DNA from: Alphaproteobacteria bacterium
GTDB lineage: Bacteria; Pseudomonadota; Alphaproteobacteria; SHVV01
Assembly (NCBI GenBank): GCA_965261735.1
Contig: OZ253470.1
Span: 3,520,001-3,584,000 of the forward strand
Direction: 5' to 3'
DNA: 64,000 nt
Below, piece by piece: positions 50,923-60,649 of this stretch. The translations under genes were made by a program, and so were the position numbers. Positions within the stretch are counted from its first letter, which is position 1. Each line of letters opens with the position of its first letter. The notes beneath the pieces were generated by a model, which was not told where the DNA came from, ran no database searches, and worked only from the letters and a program-made list of their open reading frames with translations.

Positions 50923-51440
50923 CGCCATCGCCAGCGCGGTCATGCCCGACCAGGTGCCGATCGCCCGGCCGCGTTGCTCCGCGCTGAAGGTGGCGCTGAT
51001 GAGCGCCAAGCCGCCCGGCACAAGGAGCGCCGCGCTCAGGCCCTGAACGGCCCTCGCGAGGATGAGCTGCGGCGTGTCCGGGGCGAGCCCGCACCATACC
51101 GACGCCGCCGCAAAGGCGACGACGCCCACGCCGAAAGTGCGCCGGCGCCCGTAGGCATCGCCCACCATGCCGCCGACAAGGATGAGGGCGGCCAGGAACA
51201 GCGCGTACGACTCGACGACCCACTGTAGCTGCGCCGCGCTGGCGGCGAGTTCGACCTGGAGAACGGGCAGCGCAACGTTGACGACCGTGGCGTCGATGAA
51301 GGCCATGCTCGACCCGATGATCGCCGCGGCCAACACCCAGCGCCCGGTAATCTTCGCGCACGCCTCGCGGTCGGGCGCCGCACGGATCGCACCTTCGCAG
51401 GACGGTTCTGGACAGTAGATCGCGATGTGCGCTCGCGGGC

Positions 51441-52430
51441 CTAACTTTCGCCCGCTACGGTTGCGCGCGGCGGCGGCGGCGCGGCCTCGGCCATGCGTCG
51501 CAGGTCTTCGGCGGTGCGCGCCTTGGGCGCGCCCGCCGGCATCAGCCCGCGCGGCATAAAGACCATCAACAGGACGATCGTCATGCCGTAGAGCATGAGG
51601 CGGAAACGCGGCTCGTCGGTTGTCGTCAGCCACGGCATGAAATAGACGAAGGCGGCGCCCGCGACCGTGCCCCAAAACGTGCGCAGCCCGCCGAGCAGCA
51701 CGCCGAGCAGCAGGATGAACGTAAGATTGACGCCGAACTCGGGCGGATAAAGGATCGTGACCCGGTGCGCCCAGAGGTTGCCCCCGAGGCCGGTGATGAA
51801 GCCGCCGATGACCCACGCCAGCAATTTCGTCCGCTTGACGTTCACGCCCATCGAGCCGGCGACGAGTGGGCTCTCGCGGATCGCCTGAAACGCGAGCCAG
51901 AAGCGCGATTTTTCCAGCCGCCACAAGGCGAACATCACGATCAGGACGACGATGAGAACGGGTGGCCACTCGGCGCGCAGCGGAATGCCCGGGAATCCGA
52001 GCGCGCCACCGACGTATTCGGTGGTCAGCCACACCGTGATCAAGGCCTCGCCAATGGCGAAAGTGCTGATGGCTAAATAGAACCCGGTCAGGCGTAAGCC
52101 CAAAAGGTACCAATAGAGGAAACCGGCGAACGACCCGGCGAGGCCGGAGAGCGGCAGCGATAGCCAAAACGGTATACCGAGCTTGACGACGAGCACCGCC
52201 GATGAGTAGGCCGTAATGCCGACCATGCCGGCGTGACCGAGCGAGTACTGCCCCGCGGCAAAGAGGACGAAGCAACCGAGCGCGCTGACGAGGTAAATGC
52301 CGTAGTCGACCGTGAGATCGAGCAGGAAGAGCCAGGTTACGCTCGAGTAGTGCAGGACGAGACCCCGCCAGGTGGCCTCCCAGCTGAGACCGAGCAGGCG
52401 CTCGAGGAAATCCGGCGTGAGCGTGTCCAT
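51441..52430 (-). CDS. livM: Branched-chain amino acid-type ABC permease
   Basis: AGQYSLGHAG, LRLTGFYLAISTFAIGE, AIRESPLVAGSMGVN and LLGGLRTFWG. Confidence 0.85.
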   Translation of the reverse strand: MDTLTPDFLERLLGLSWEATWRGLVLHYSSVTWLFLLDLTVDYGIYLVSALGCFVLFAAGQYSLGHAGMVGITAYSSAVLVVKLGIPFWLSLPLSGLAGSFAGFLYWYLLGLRLTGFYLAISTFAIGEALITVWLTTEYVGGALGFPGIPLRAEWPPVLIVVLIVMFALWRLEKSRFWLAFQAIRESPLVAGSMGVNVKRTKLLAWVIGGFITGLGGNLWAHRVTILYPPEFGVNLTFILLLGVLLGGLRTFWGTVAGAAFVYFMPWLTTTDEPRFRLMLYGMTIVLLMVFMPRGLMPAGAPKARTAEDLRRMAEAAPPPPRATVAGES

Positions 52431-52435
52431 TGCCG

Positions 52436-53326
52436 CTACACCTCGCGCGCCACGCGACCTTCCTCGCCGAACAGGCCGTGCGGGCGGAGCAGCAGAATGG
52501 CGACCATCCCGGCGTAAGCCACGAGGTCACGATAGGTCGACCCGCCGAGGCCGACCGCCAGTGTTTCCATAACGCCGAGGATCACCCCGACATAAAGACA
52601 TCCTCTCATGTTGCCGATGCCGGCGACGATGAGGACGACGATCCCCTTGAGGCCCAGCACCAGGCCGACGAAGGGGTAGGTCGAGCCGAAGGTCATCGCG
52701 TTGAGGATGCCGGCGACGCCGGCGAGTGTCGCGCTGACGGCAAAGCCGAGGACGATGACGCGATCGGTGTTGATCCCGACGCACTTGGCGATATCCGGGC
52801 TTTGGGCCAGGACGCGGATCGCCTTGCCCGGGCCCGTACCGCGCAGAAACAGAACCATGCCGACCATCACGCTGACCGATAACAGGATCAGCACGACCTG
52901 CGTGTCCGAGACCTCGAGCTGGCCGATCAGCGCGTAGTAGGTCGGCTCGAAGGGGCGCGGGACGATCTTGGGATCGCCGTCGGTAATGACGGTGACCAGG
53001 TTCTCCAGGAAGAGCGCGGCCCCCAGGGTCGCCACTTTGGTGTTCCACCAGTTGCCGCGCAGCGGCCTCACGGCCAGGCGTTCGACCAGCAGGCCCGTCA
53101 CCATCGCCAGCGCGATCCCGACGACGGCCGCGAGCCAGAAATTCTCAAGGCCGAAATAGTAGGCCAGCAGGAGGCCGTAAGAGCCGACCATCATCGTCGC
53201 GCCATGCGCGAGATTGAGCACGTTCATGGTGCCGAACACGAGGTTGAAGCCGATCGCGACGATGGCGTAGATCGCCCCGGTGGAGATACCGATGAAGATC
53301 TGCTCGGCTAGATAGCCAACCTGCAT
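52436..53326 (-). CDS. livH: Branched-chain amino acid-type ABC permease
   Basis: GAIYAIVAIGFNLVFGTMNVLNLAHG, GKAIR and LLLRPHGLFG. Confidence 0.88.
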   Translation of the reverse strand: MQVGYLAEQIFIGISTGAIYAIVAIGFNLVFGTMNVLNLAHGATMMVGSYGLLLAYYFGLENFWLAAVVGIALAMVTGLLVERLAVRPLRGNWWNTKVATLGAALFLENLVTVITDGDPKIVPRPFEPTYYALIGQLEVSDTQVVLILLSVSVMVGMVLFLRGTGPGKAIRVLAQSPDIAKCVGINTDRVIVLGFAVSATLAGVAGILNAMTFGSTYPFVGLVLGLKGIVVLIVAGIGNMRGCLYVGVILGVMETLAVGLGGSTYRDLVAYAGMVAILLLRPHGLFGEEGRVAREV

Positions 53327-53521
53327 GTCCGCACCCCTAGCCAGCTCCCCGGCTGGCCCTGCACGCCGCGGTGCGTCCCGGCACGAGGGCGCCGGCGGCC
53401 GCGGCGCCCGATAATCCGGCGTATCGTGTGCTGATGCAAGGTCTGCGGCCGGACCGCTCCGGCGCCCGGGAGCGCGGGTCGACTTGTCGCGAAGCCCACC
53501 ACCCGGTAACGACGGCGTTGT

Positions 53522-53943
53522 CTAGGGCACGACGGTAAAACCCTCACGCTGTGCGGCGGTGGCCAGCCTCTCGTCAAGGCAGACGAAGCCGAGCGCGCCG
53601 GGGTCATCTCCGGCGGCGACGAGACCAGCGGCAAGCTGAAGCGAATCCGACGCCCGCAGGGCGTGCGTCCGCAAGACTCGGAGGGCTAGGACGCGGACCT
53701 TCGTCGACGGGTCACCTCCACCCAGGATGGCTCCAGCGCCCGCAGGCGGGCCATCGTGGCGTTCGCGGCCGCAACCGAGATATCACCCGCGCGTTCCCGC
53801 CGTGCGACGGCGGAGGCGCACTCGACCGGCGTGCCCCACCACACGATCATGCCGCCATCGGCTTTGAGCATACCGAGCAGGTTCTCGCGCGCCGGCTCAG
53901 CAACGAGCAGCGGTACGACGGCGGAGCTATCCCAGAACTTCAG
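53522..53943 (-). pseudogene. vapC: VapC PIN-domain toxin, frameshifted
   Basis: KFWDSSAVVPLL...TPVECASAVARRERAG; LRASDSLQLAA in another frame; no ATG/GTG start. Confidence 0.75.
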
Positions 53944-54190
53944 CGGTCCTCCACTCTTTCTTCGAGGAGCGCCGCCAGCACGCTGCGCCGGGAGCGCTCC
54001 GGATCCGCCATCAGGAGCTTGAGCGGCACCGGCTGCGAGGGCCGGCGGACGAGGCCGGCGTCCTCCAGCCCCGCGAGGCGCTCGTCGGCGCCGGCCACCC
54101 CGCCGACGCGCTCGATGCGCGCGATCGGCCGGTTCCGCTCGAATACGAGCACGGTCTCGCGCAGGCGCTTGAGCGCGGCCGTGAAATCTG
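53940..54190 (-). pseudogene. Phd/YefM-type antitoxin, 5' degenerate
   Basis: ETVLVFERNRPIARI...LAALLEER, overlapping vapC by 4 nt. Confidence 0.65.
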
Positions 54191-54229
54191 CTCCACTTTT
54201 TCGGCGGAGTCGACGCGAGGGATGTGGCG

Positions 54230-55894
54230 ATGACGAACGAGCTGATGAATCCGTGCGGTGAGTTCACGCACCGGGAAATGCCCCTGGCACGGCGCCCCGG
54301 CCTCGGCGCGGGCAGCACCGTCGGGCTGCTCCACAATGGCAAGAGGAATGCCGATCGGTTGGTCGAAGACGTGGCCGCACTGCTCAGCGAGCGCGTCGGC
54401 GGCCTCAAATTCGTGCGCATGGGTAAGGAATCCAGTGTGCCGGCGGACTTTTCCGCCGGCTTCCTGGAGGAGTGCGATCTCGTCGTCGCCGCGCTCGCGG
54501 ATTGAGGCTCGTGCACGTCGTGGTGTATCCATGACACAGTCTTCTTGGAAACGCAGGGCATAGCGACCGCGACGCTGTGCACCGACGAGTTTCATTCGCT
54601 GGGCAAGGCGGAGGCCGAGATCCTCGGCATTCCCGGCCTGCCGCTGGTCATCATCCCGCACCCCATGGCCAAACGGCGGCCCGACGAGGTCGCCGAAATC
54701 GCCGCCGGCGCGATCGACGAGATCGTCGCCGCCTGGACCGGCGATCCGGCCGAATTGTCGGCAACCTATGCGGCGCGAGTCCCCGACCAACTCGCCCGTC
54801 TGCGCTATCATTCGTTGTTCGAGGGCAATTTCAGCGCGCCCGATGCGCCGGAAACCTTCGGCGCGCCAGACGGACTCGACGCCGTCAACACCCTGTTGCA
54901 GCGCCGAGGCTGGACCGATGGTCTGCCGGTGGTGCCGCCGACCCGGGCGCGCTGGGAAGCCATGCTGGGTGACTGGAACAAAGAGGACCTCCTCGGCCTG
55001 ATCGAGCCCAAGTTGGGTCGCGCCACGGCCGGGAGAGTCGCGGCCAACGCGGTGATGGCCGGTGCGCACCCCGAGCAGTTTCCCGTGCTCGCCGCTGCCG
55101 TGCGGGCCGTGACCGAAGCGCCGCTCAACCTCAAGTCCCTGCAAGCCACAACCCATCCCTGCACCGTGATGATGATGATCAATGGGCCCGTAGCCGAGCG
55201 GGTTGGCGTCAACGCGACCTACAACCTGATGGGCCAGGGCCGCCAGGCCAACGCGGCTCTCGGGCGCGCGCTGCGCTTCGTACTGCTCAACATCGGCGGC
55301 GCCACCCCGGGCGTGCTCGACCGCGCGACCATGGGCACGCCGGCGAAGTACACCTTCTGCTTTGCCGAGAACGCAACCGACAACCCGTGGCAGCCGCTAC
55401 ACGTGGAGCGCGGCTTCCCGGCCGAGCAAAGCACCGTCACCGTGGCCGGCGTGGAAGGGCCGCACAACGTCAACGACCACTACGGCCGAACCGCCGAGGA
55501 AGTGCTGCTGACGGTTGCCGGTACCCTCGCCACGACGGGCTGCAACAACGCCTACATCGGCGGCGAGATCATCGTCGTGCTGGGGCCCGAACACTGCGAG
55601 ATCATCGCCCGCGACGGCTTCTCGAAGGGCGATGTGAAGCGCTTCCTGCTCGAGCGCGCGATCGTGCCGGGCTGGCACATTTCGGAGGCCCAGGGCGAGG
55701 CCATGGCCGCGCGCGTTCCCGAGCGCTTCATCGGCGCCGACTGGCGCCAGGGCGTGCGCATGTTCTCGCACCCGGACGACGTGGTCGTGGTGGTCGCCGG
55801 CGGCGCCGGCCGGCACTCCTGCATCATCCCCTCGTTCGGCTACACGAGGTCGGTCACGGTACCGATCACCGACGCGACGGGGGCGGCGCTGTAG
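54230..55894 (+). CDS. UGSC-motif selenoprotein (Sec at TGA 54503-54505) fused to a GWTDGLPVVPPT-type domain, 554 aa
   Basis: The ORF-track pieces 54224-54505 and 54545-55894 are in one frame separated only by TGA: VAALAD-U-GSCTSWCIHD. GAGGGA RBS before ATG 54230; SECIS-like hairpin 11 nt downstream of the TGA. Confidence 0.85.
54517..54535 (+). promoter_or_regulatory. Putative bacterial SECIS element
   Basis: Stem GTCGTGG / CCATGAC (7 bp, one G-U pair) with loop TGTAT, starting 11 nt after the in-frame UGA. Confidence 0.65.
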
Positions 55895-55918
55895 GCCTCT
55901 TCGGGTGAGGGACCAGCG

Positions 55919-56422
55919 CTAGTCTTCCGGCGCGGCGGAGCCGTAGGCGCCGCGGAAGAACAGCAGCGGCTGATAGCGGGAGTCGCGCCAAACCCGCAGC
56001 ACGCGGCAGACGAAGATCACGTGGTCGCCGCCATCGTACTGGTGCCAACCCTCGCACTCGAACACGGCAAGCGAATCATTGAGGACGGGGCAACCGGTGG
56101 CGCCGAGGCGGTGGGGCAGGTCGCGCCACTTGTCGGTCAGGGCCGTCGCGAACCGCTCCGACAAGCTGCGCTGATGGGCGGCCAGTACATTCACGGCAAA
56201 GTGCGAGGACCGCTGGAAGGCGTCAACGCTATTGAGCGACCGCGCCAGGCTGAACAGTACGAGCGGTGGCTCGAGAGAGACCGAATTGAACGAGTTCACC
56301 GTTACGCCGCAGGGCTCCGCGGAGTCGTCGCGACAGGTGACGATTGTCACCCCTGTGGCAAAGCAGCCCAGCGCCTCCCGTAGGACACGCGGATCGGGTG
56401 CCGACGGTTCGACAGCTTTCAT
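55919..56422 (-). CDS. Flavin reductase (HpaC/RutF family)
   Basis: LREALGCFATGVTIVT, TVNSFNSVSLEPPLVLFSL, GGDHVIF and PLLFFRGAY. Confidence 0.93.
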   Translation of the reverse strand: MKAVEPSAPDPRVLREALGCFATGVTIVTCRDDSAEPCGVTVNSFNSVSLEPPLVLFSLARSLNSVDAFQRSSHFAVNVLAAHQRSLSERFATALTDKWRDLPHRLGATGCPVLNDSLAVFECEGWHQYDGGDHVIFVCRVLRVWRDSRYQPLLFFRGAYGSAAPED

Positions 56423-56645
56423 GCGTGCCTTCCCTCGCGGCTCCGCGCGTTACCGGGTCGTCTCGGCGCGCTGGCGTGGGACCACCTTGACGACCTCGGG
56501 CGCGTCGATCAACAGGGTCTTTTCCAGGCCGCGCGATAGATCATGTTGCCGCCAATTGACAACGAACACGGTGGATGCGTTCATGCGGCCTTGCCGCTAC
56601 ATGGCAAAGGAAAGCCCCCCCAGCAGGGCCTCGGGTGATGACGGC

Positions 56646-57530
56646 ATGACCGACGAAGGGGATATCAAGTACATCGATGTCGAGGGCATACGTACTCGAT
56701 ATTTCGAGAAGGGGAAGGGCGAGCCGCTCGTATTGATCCACGGCGGCGCCATGGGCACAGGCTCATCGCTTGGCATTTTTGGAGAGAACCTTGATGCACT
56801 CGCCAGGTCTTTCCATGTGTTTGCCTTCGACAAGATCGGCCACGGTTACACGGACAATCCAGAGACTGACGACGACTACACCATCGAGCGCATGACTGCG
56901 CACGCCTACCAACTCATTCGCGCCGTGGGGTTGGACAGAACAAACCTGATCGGGCAATCGAGGGGAGCGTTCAACGGCGTGTCACTGTGCCTCGACTACC
57001 CGGAGCTGGTCCACGGTTTCGTGCTGTGCAACAGCGCGTCGATGACGCCCGGGGTCGCCGCAATCCCGCCCTTTAGCAAAAAGGCCAGGGCGGAGGCGCC
57101 GTTCGAGGCCGGAACCAAAGAGTGGGTGAGGTATCGCTCCGAGATCATGTGCTACTCGAAGGCGTGCGTGAGCGATGATTACGTGGACGAGTGGCACAAG
57201 GTCTATCACCTGCCGAAGTCGACGGTGGCGCGCGAGAAGATGAAGACCTTGGGCCCCGGCCTTTTCGAACCGGGCTTCGATGCCGTCAAGGAGCGCGAGC
57301 TCGCGCGCATCCGCGAGGGTGCGCTGCGTGTCCCGACCCTGGTTCATTGGGGTAAGAACGATCCGTCGGCCGCGTTGGACCCGATGGGCTATAGCGTGTT
57401 CAATCTCCTGTCGGAGAACGCTGCCGAAGTGTCGATGTACGTGGCCAACCAGGCCGGGCATTTCGCCTTCAAGGAAAAGCACGCCGATTTCAATCGCGTC
57501 GTGACCGGCTTCTTCGAGTCGCTTGACTGA
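56646..57530 (+). CDS. Alpha/beta hydrolase (C-C or C-N hydrolase-like)
   Basis: LIHGG, FDKIGHGYTD, GQSRG elbow, WGKND and AGHF. Confidence 0.88.
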   Translation: MTDEGDIKYIDVEGIRTRYFEKGKGEPLVLIHGGAMGTGSSLGIFGENLDALARSFHVFAFDKIGHGYTDNPETDDDYTIERMTAHAYQLIRAVGLDRTNLIGQSRGAFNGVSLCLDYPELVHGFVLCNSASMTPGVAAIPPFSKKARAEAPFEAGTKEWVRYRSEIMCYSKACVSDDYVDEWHKVYHLPKSTVAREKMKTLGPGLFEPGFDAVKERELARIREGALRVPTLVHWGKNDPSAALDPMGYSVFNLLSENAAEVSMYVANQAGHFAFKEKHADFNRVVTGFFESLD

Positions 57531-57548
57531 CGCGCGGCAACGGGAGGG

Positions 57549-58595
57549 ATGACTATGCAGATGGCAGACTCGGCGTTAACGCCGCTGTTCATGGAGGAGT
57601 TCAAGTGGTGCAAGGTGGGGGCGAACGAGAGCGTCGCCATCGTCACGGAATCGGAATCGCGCTGGCAGTATGCGCAGGCGGCCCAGACCGCCTTGGCCGC
57701 CATTGGGGCGCGCGCGTTCCAAGTGATGTTGCCCAGTACATCGGCCGAGCAGACCGGGACACCCCGCATCCAGAGGGGCGGCGCGAGCTCGGTGGTGCTC
57801 GATGATTTTCCCGAGGTCACCGAGCTCCTGAAGGGAGTCGATTTCGTCGTCGACCTCAGCCTCGAGGGCCTGCTCCACTCGAAACAAAGAGGCGAGATTC
57901 TCGGGAGCGGCACGCGGACGCTACTGATCAAGGAGCCCCCCGATGCCCTCGCCAGGCTGCTGCCGACGGAGGAGCGCAGCCGGCGCATCGATCAGGCCGT
58001 GGCGCGCTTGAGTGATGCGGCGGAGATGACGGTAACGTCGGAAGCCGGGACGAACTTTCGGGTCGATCTGCGCGGCGGCATCGTCAAAGGCGCCTACGGC
58101 TACTGCGACAAGCCGGGAACGTCGGCGACCTGGGCGACCTGCGCGGTGATTGCCTACCCCTCGTCGCTGGAGGTCAATGGCGACGTCGTGCTGGCGTGCG
58201 GCGACATCGTGTTCCCCTTCTACCGCTACATAGAGAGCCCCGTGACCCTGCGCTTCAAGGACGGCTTCGTCGAGGAGGTCGCGGGTAGCGGACTGGATGC
58301 CGAACTCATGCGCGACTATTTCGGGCGCTGGAACGACCGCAACGCCTACGGCATCTCGCACGTCGGCTGGGGGCTGCACGAAAGGGCGCTGTGGGATGCG
58401 CTGGCGTTCTACGGCAAGGAAGCCGCGGGCGTCGACGGCCGCAGCTTCGAGGGCAACTTCCTTATCTCGACAGGTCCCAACTACGCGGCGAACCGGCACA
58501 CGCCCTGCCACTTCGACATCCCCATGCGGAACTGCAGCATACATGTGGACGGGAAACCGGCGGTGCTGGAAGGAAAGGTCGTGGGCAACGCCTAG
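57549..58595 (+). CDS. 2,5-dihydroxypyridine 5,6-dioxygenase (NicX)-like / M29-fold protein
   Basis: VTSEAGT, SHVGWGL, DGRSFEGNFLISTGPN and CHFDIPMRNC (His-His-Asp metal triad as in NicX). Confidence 0.8.
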   Translation: MTMQMADSALTPLFMEEFKWCKVGANESVAIVTESESRWQYAQAAQTALAAIGARAFQVMLPSTSAEQTGTPRIQRGGASSVVLDDFPEVTELLKGVDFVVDLSLEGLLHSKQRGEILGSGTRTLLIKEPPDALARLLPTEERSRRIDQAVARLSDAAEMTVTSEAGTNFRVDLRGGIVKGAYGYCDKPGTSATWATCAVIAYPSSLEVNGDVVLACGDIVFPFYRYIESPVTLRFKDGFVEEVAGSGLDAELMRDYFGRWNDRNAYGISHVGWGLHERALWDALAFYGKEAAGVDGRSFEGNFLISTGPNYAANRHTPCHFDIPMRNCSIHVDGKPAVLEGKVVGNA

Positions 58596-58616
58596 GCCCG
58601 GAAGGAGAGACGACCG

Positions 58617-59657
58617 ATGCAGTATGCGGTGTTCATGAATTTCCAGTGCCGCGACGGACAGGACTACAACTCGCTCTACCGCAGCCGGCTCGAGGAGGCG
58701 GAGTGGGCCGAGAAGCTCGGGTTTTACGGGGTGTTTCTCGCCGAGCACGCGTTTTGCGAGCACGGCCGCCCCTCACCCGCGGTCACGCTCGCCAACATGG
58801 CCGCGCGGACCAGCCGCCTGCGGCTGGGTACGGCCGTCAGCGTCCTGGCCTGGCACAATCCGCTGGAGGTCGCCCAGGACTACGCGACGCTCGATATCAT
58901 GTCGGAGGGCCGCGTCGATTTCGGCGTCGGGCGCGGCGGGTTCAAGCGCGAGTTCGACGGCTACGGCGTCGACTGGGTGGAGTCCCAGCCGCGCTACCTC
59001 GAGGCCCTCAAGATCATCCTGCAGGCTTGGAAGGGAGAGCCGTTCTCCTACGACGGCGAGTTCTTCAAGATTCCCGAGGTCGCGGTCAATCCGGTGCCGG
59101 TTCAGCGCCCGCATCCGCCGCTATGGCAGCCCACTCTCTTTCCCGCATCCATGCATGCGGTCGTGCCCCAAGGCATAACGCCCATCGTCGGCGCATCCTT
59201 CAGCCCGCTGCACGTCGTCAAGAAGAACTTCGAGCACCTTGCCGAGGCGATGGAGAATGCGGGGCGGACCGACATGTGCCGGGTCGGCCACCCGCTCATC
59301 TTCCTCAGCGACACGGTCGAGAAGGCCCGCGAGGAGGCAAGAGAGGGCGTCGAGTGGCTGGTCGACGACTTCGCCGGCATTTTCGAGCTGCCCGAGGGCG
59401 AGGTCTATCCGGAGCAGTTCAAGGGTCGCGAGAAGATGGCGCAGTACGTGCGTTCGCTGACCTACGAAAAGATCGTCGAGGAGGACCTGATGTGGATCGG
59501 CGACCCGAACTACGTCACCGACCGCTTGCGCTGGCTGCGCGACGAGTGCGGCGCCAATTTCATTATCTCGAACATGAGCCCCGGCGGCATGGAGCACGAG
59601 AAGGTCGCGAAGTCGATGGAGCTACTAGCAACAAAGGTGATGCCGCAACTCGCATAG
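58617..59657 (+). CDS. Luciferase-like (LLM) flavin-dependent monooxygenase
   Basis: LAEH, MAARTSRLRLGTAV, LDIMSEGRVDFGVGRG, PVQRPHPPLW and SMELLATKVMP. Confidence 0.92.
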   Translation: MQYAVFMNFQCRDGQDYNSLYRSRLEEAEWAEKLGFYGVFLAEHAFCEHGRPSPAVTLANMAARTSRLRLGTAVSVLAWHNPLEVAQDYATLDIMSEGRVDFGVGRGGFKREFDGYGVDWVESQPRYLEALKIILQAWKGEPFSYDGEFFKIPEVAVNPVPVQRPHPPLWQPTLFPASMHAVVPQGITPIVGASFSPLHVVKKNFEHLAEAMENAGRTDMCRVGHPLIFLSDTVEKAREEAREGVEWLVDDFAGIFELPEGEVYPEQFKGREKMAQYVRSLTYEKIVEEDLMWIGDPNYVTDRLRWLRDECGANFIISNMSPGGMEHEKVAKSMELLATKVMPQLA

Positions 59658-59786
59658 CCTCGAGGAGACGATCGACCGCGCGGGAGCGCGCCGTTGCCTA
59701 TGCCATAGGGGGACGAACCGGCCGAATGATCTCGAACCCGGCGAACGATCGATCCCGTGACTTGCGGGATCCCCGGGACTACACGA

Positions 59787-60029
59787 TCACTGTCGTTGAG
59801 CTTGCCGCAGACGCGACGACTTTTTGCTCTTGGCGGCCGCTTTCTCGGCGGCGGCCTCCTCGGCGGCTCTCTTGTCGGCCGCCTCTTTCGCTAGGCGCAG
59901 CCCACGCAGCTTCGCGGTGTGATCCGCTTCCTGCTGCCGTGCTTCCTCTTTTTCTCTTAGGTCCTGCTCGTCCTTCCGCTGGGTTGCGGAGAAGTGCCCC
60001 TCGGCCCTCGATCTCGCTGACTTCAGCAT
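59787..60029 (-). CDS. Small hypothetical protein downstream of cspA
   Basis: Charged helical ORF with TAKLRGLRLAKEAA motif. Confidence 0.6.
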   Translation of the reverse strand: MLKSARSRAEGHFSATQRKDEQDLREKEEARQQEADHTAKLRGLRLAKEAADKRAAEEAAAEKAAAKSKKSSRLRQAQRQ

Positions 60030-60196
60030 TTTCGGCAATCCTCTGTTTCGGTTCGAGGGATTTGTCGTTGCCAACGAAGGGACCGGGAATCAGTCGGCCT
60101 AATTCCCTCGGTCCGGCGACGCGACCGTTGCCGGCCGCGTCGCCGATCGCGCGTGGCGACCGCCCCCAGCGTTGGCTAGAGGCGGTGCCCTGCGGG

Positions 60197-60406
60197 TTAG
60201 TCGATGAGGGTCAGGTTCTCGGCGGAGGATTTGCCGTTCTGTCCGGGCTGAAGATCATAAGAGACCTTCTGCCCCTCGTTAAGCGTACTCAATCCGGCAC
60301 GCTCGACGGCCGAAATGTGAATGAAAGCGTCTTTCGAGCCGTCTTCCGGCTCGATGAACCCAAAACCCTTGGCCGGGTTGAACCACTTTACGGTACCAGT
60401 TGTCAT
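60197..60406 (-). CDS. cspA: Cold-shock protein
   Basis: GTVKWFNPAKGFGFI (RNP1), AFIHISA (RNP2) and SAENL. Confidence 0.95.
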   Translation of the reverse strand: MTTGTVKWFNPAKGFGFIEPEDGSKDAFIHISAVERAGLSTLNEGQKVSYDLQPGQNGKSSAENLTLID

Positions 60407-60556
60407 AGTCATTTCCTCTAACGGGAGTGTTGATTCCGCGCTTCACATCATGTGCCGGCGCGGTCGGTTTAACGCTCACATTGTCAGGGGATAGCTAAGA
60501 CAGCCGGCATGCCGGTTATCCAGATGTCACGAATCGAATGCAATACGTATATAAGT

Positions 60557-60585
60557 ACAATAGTGGACTCTCCCCGAAATTGCAA
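60557..60585 (-). promoter_or_regulatory. Putative cspA promoter, implying a 5' UTR of about 140 nt
   Basis: Minus strand TTGCAA-N17-TATTGT. Confidence 0.5.
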
Positions 60586-60649
60586 TGAAGCGGTGGCCGT
60601 CCCGGGCATTTAGCGTCCTGGGCCCCCGCGCCATATCCCCTCGGGCGCC

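Larger units (their letters stand above)
48683..51420 (-). pseudogene. DHA2-type MFS transporter interrupted by IS630
   Basis: MAFIDATVVNVALP...GRAIGTWSG..ALAMAL | GPVLGGWLVD..SWRWIFFINVP joins in frame across the CTAG target. Confidence 0.9.

Noticed and set aside
50911-52530. 539-aa ORF as a LivM-MFS fusion
   Set aside because: The N-terminal part is an alternate frame of livM; only the last about 170 aa are MFS.
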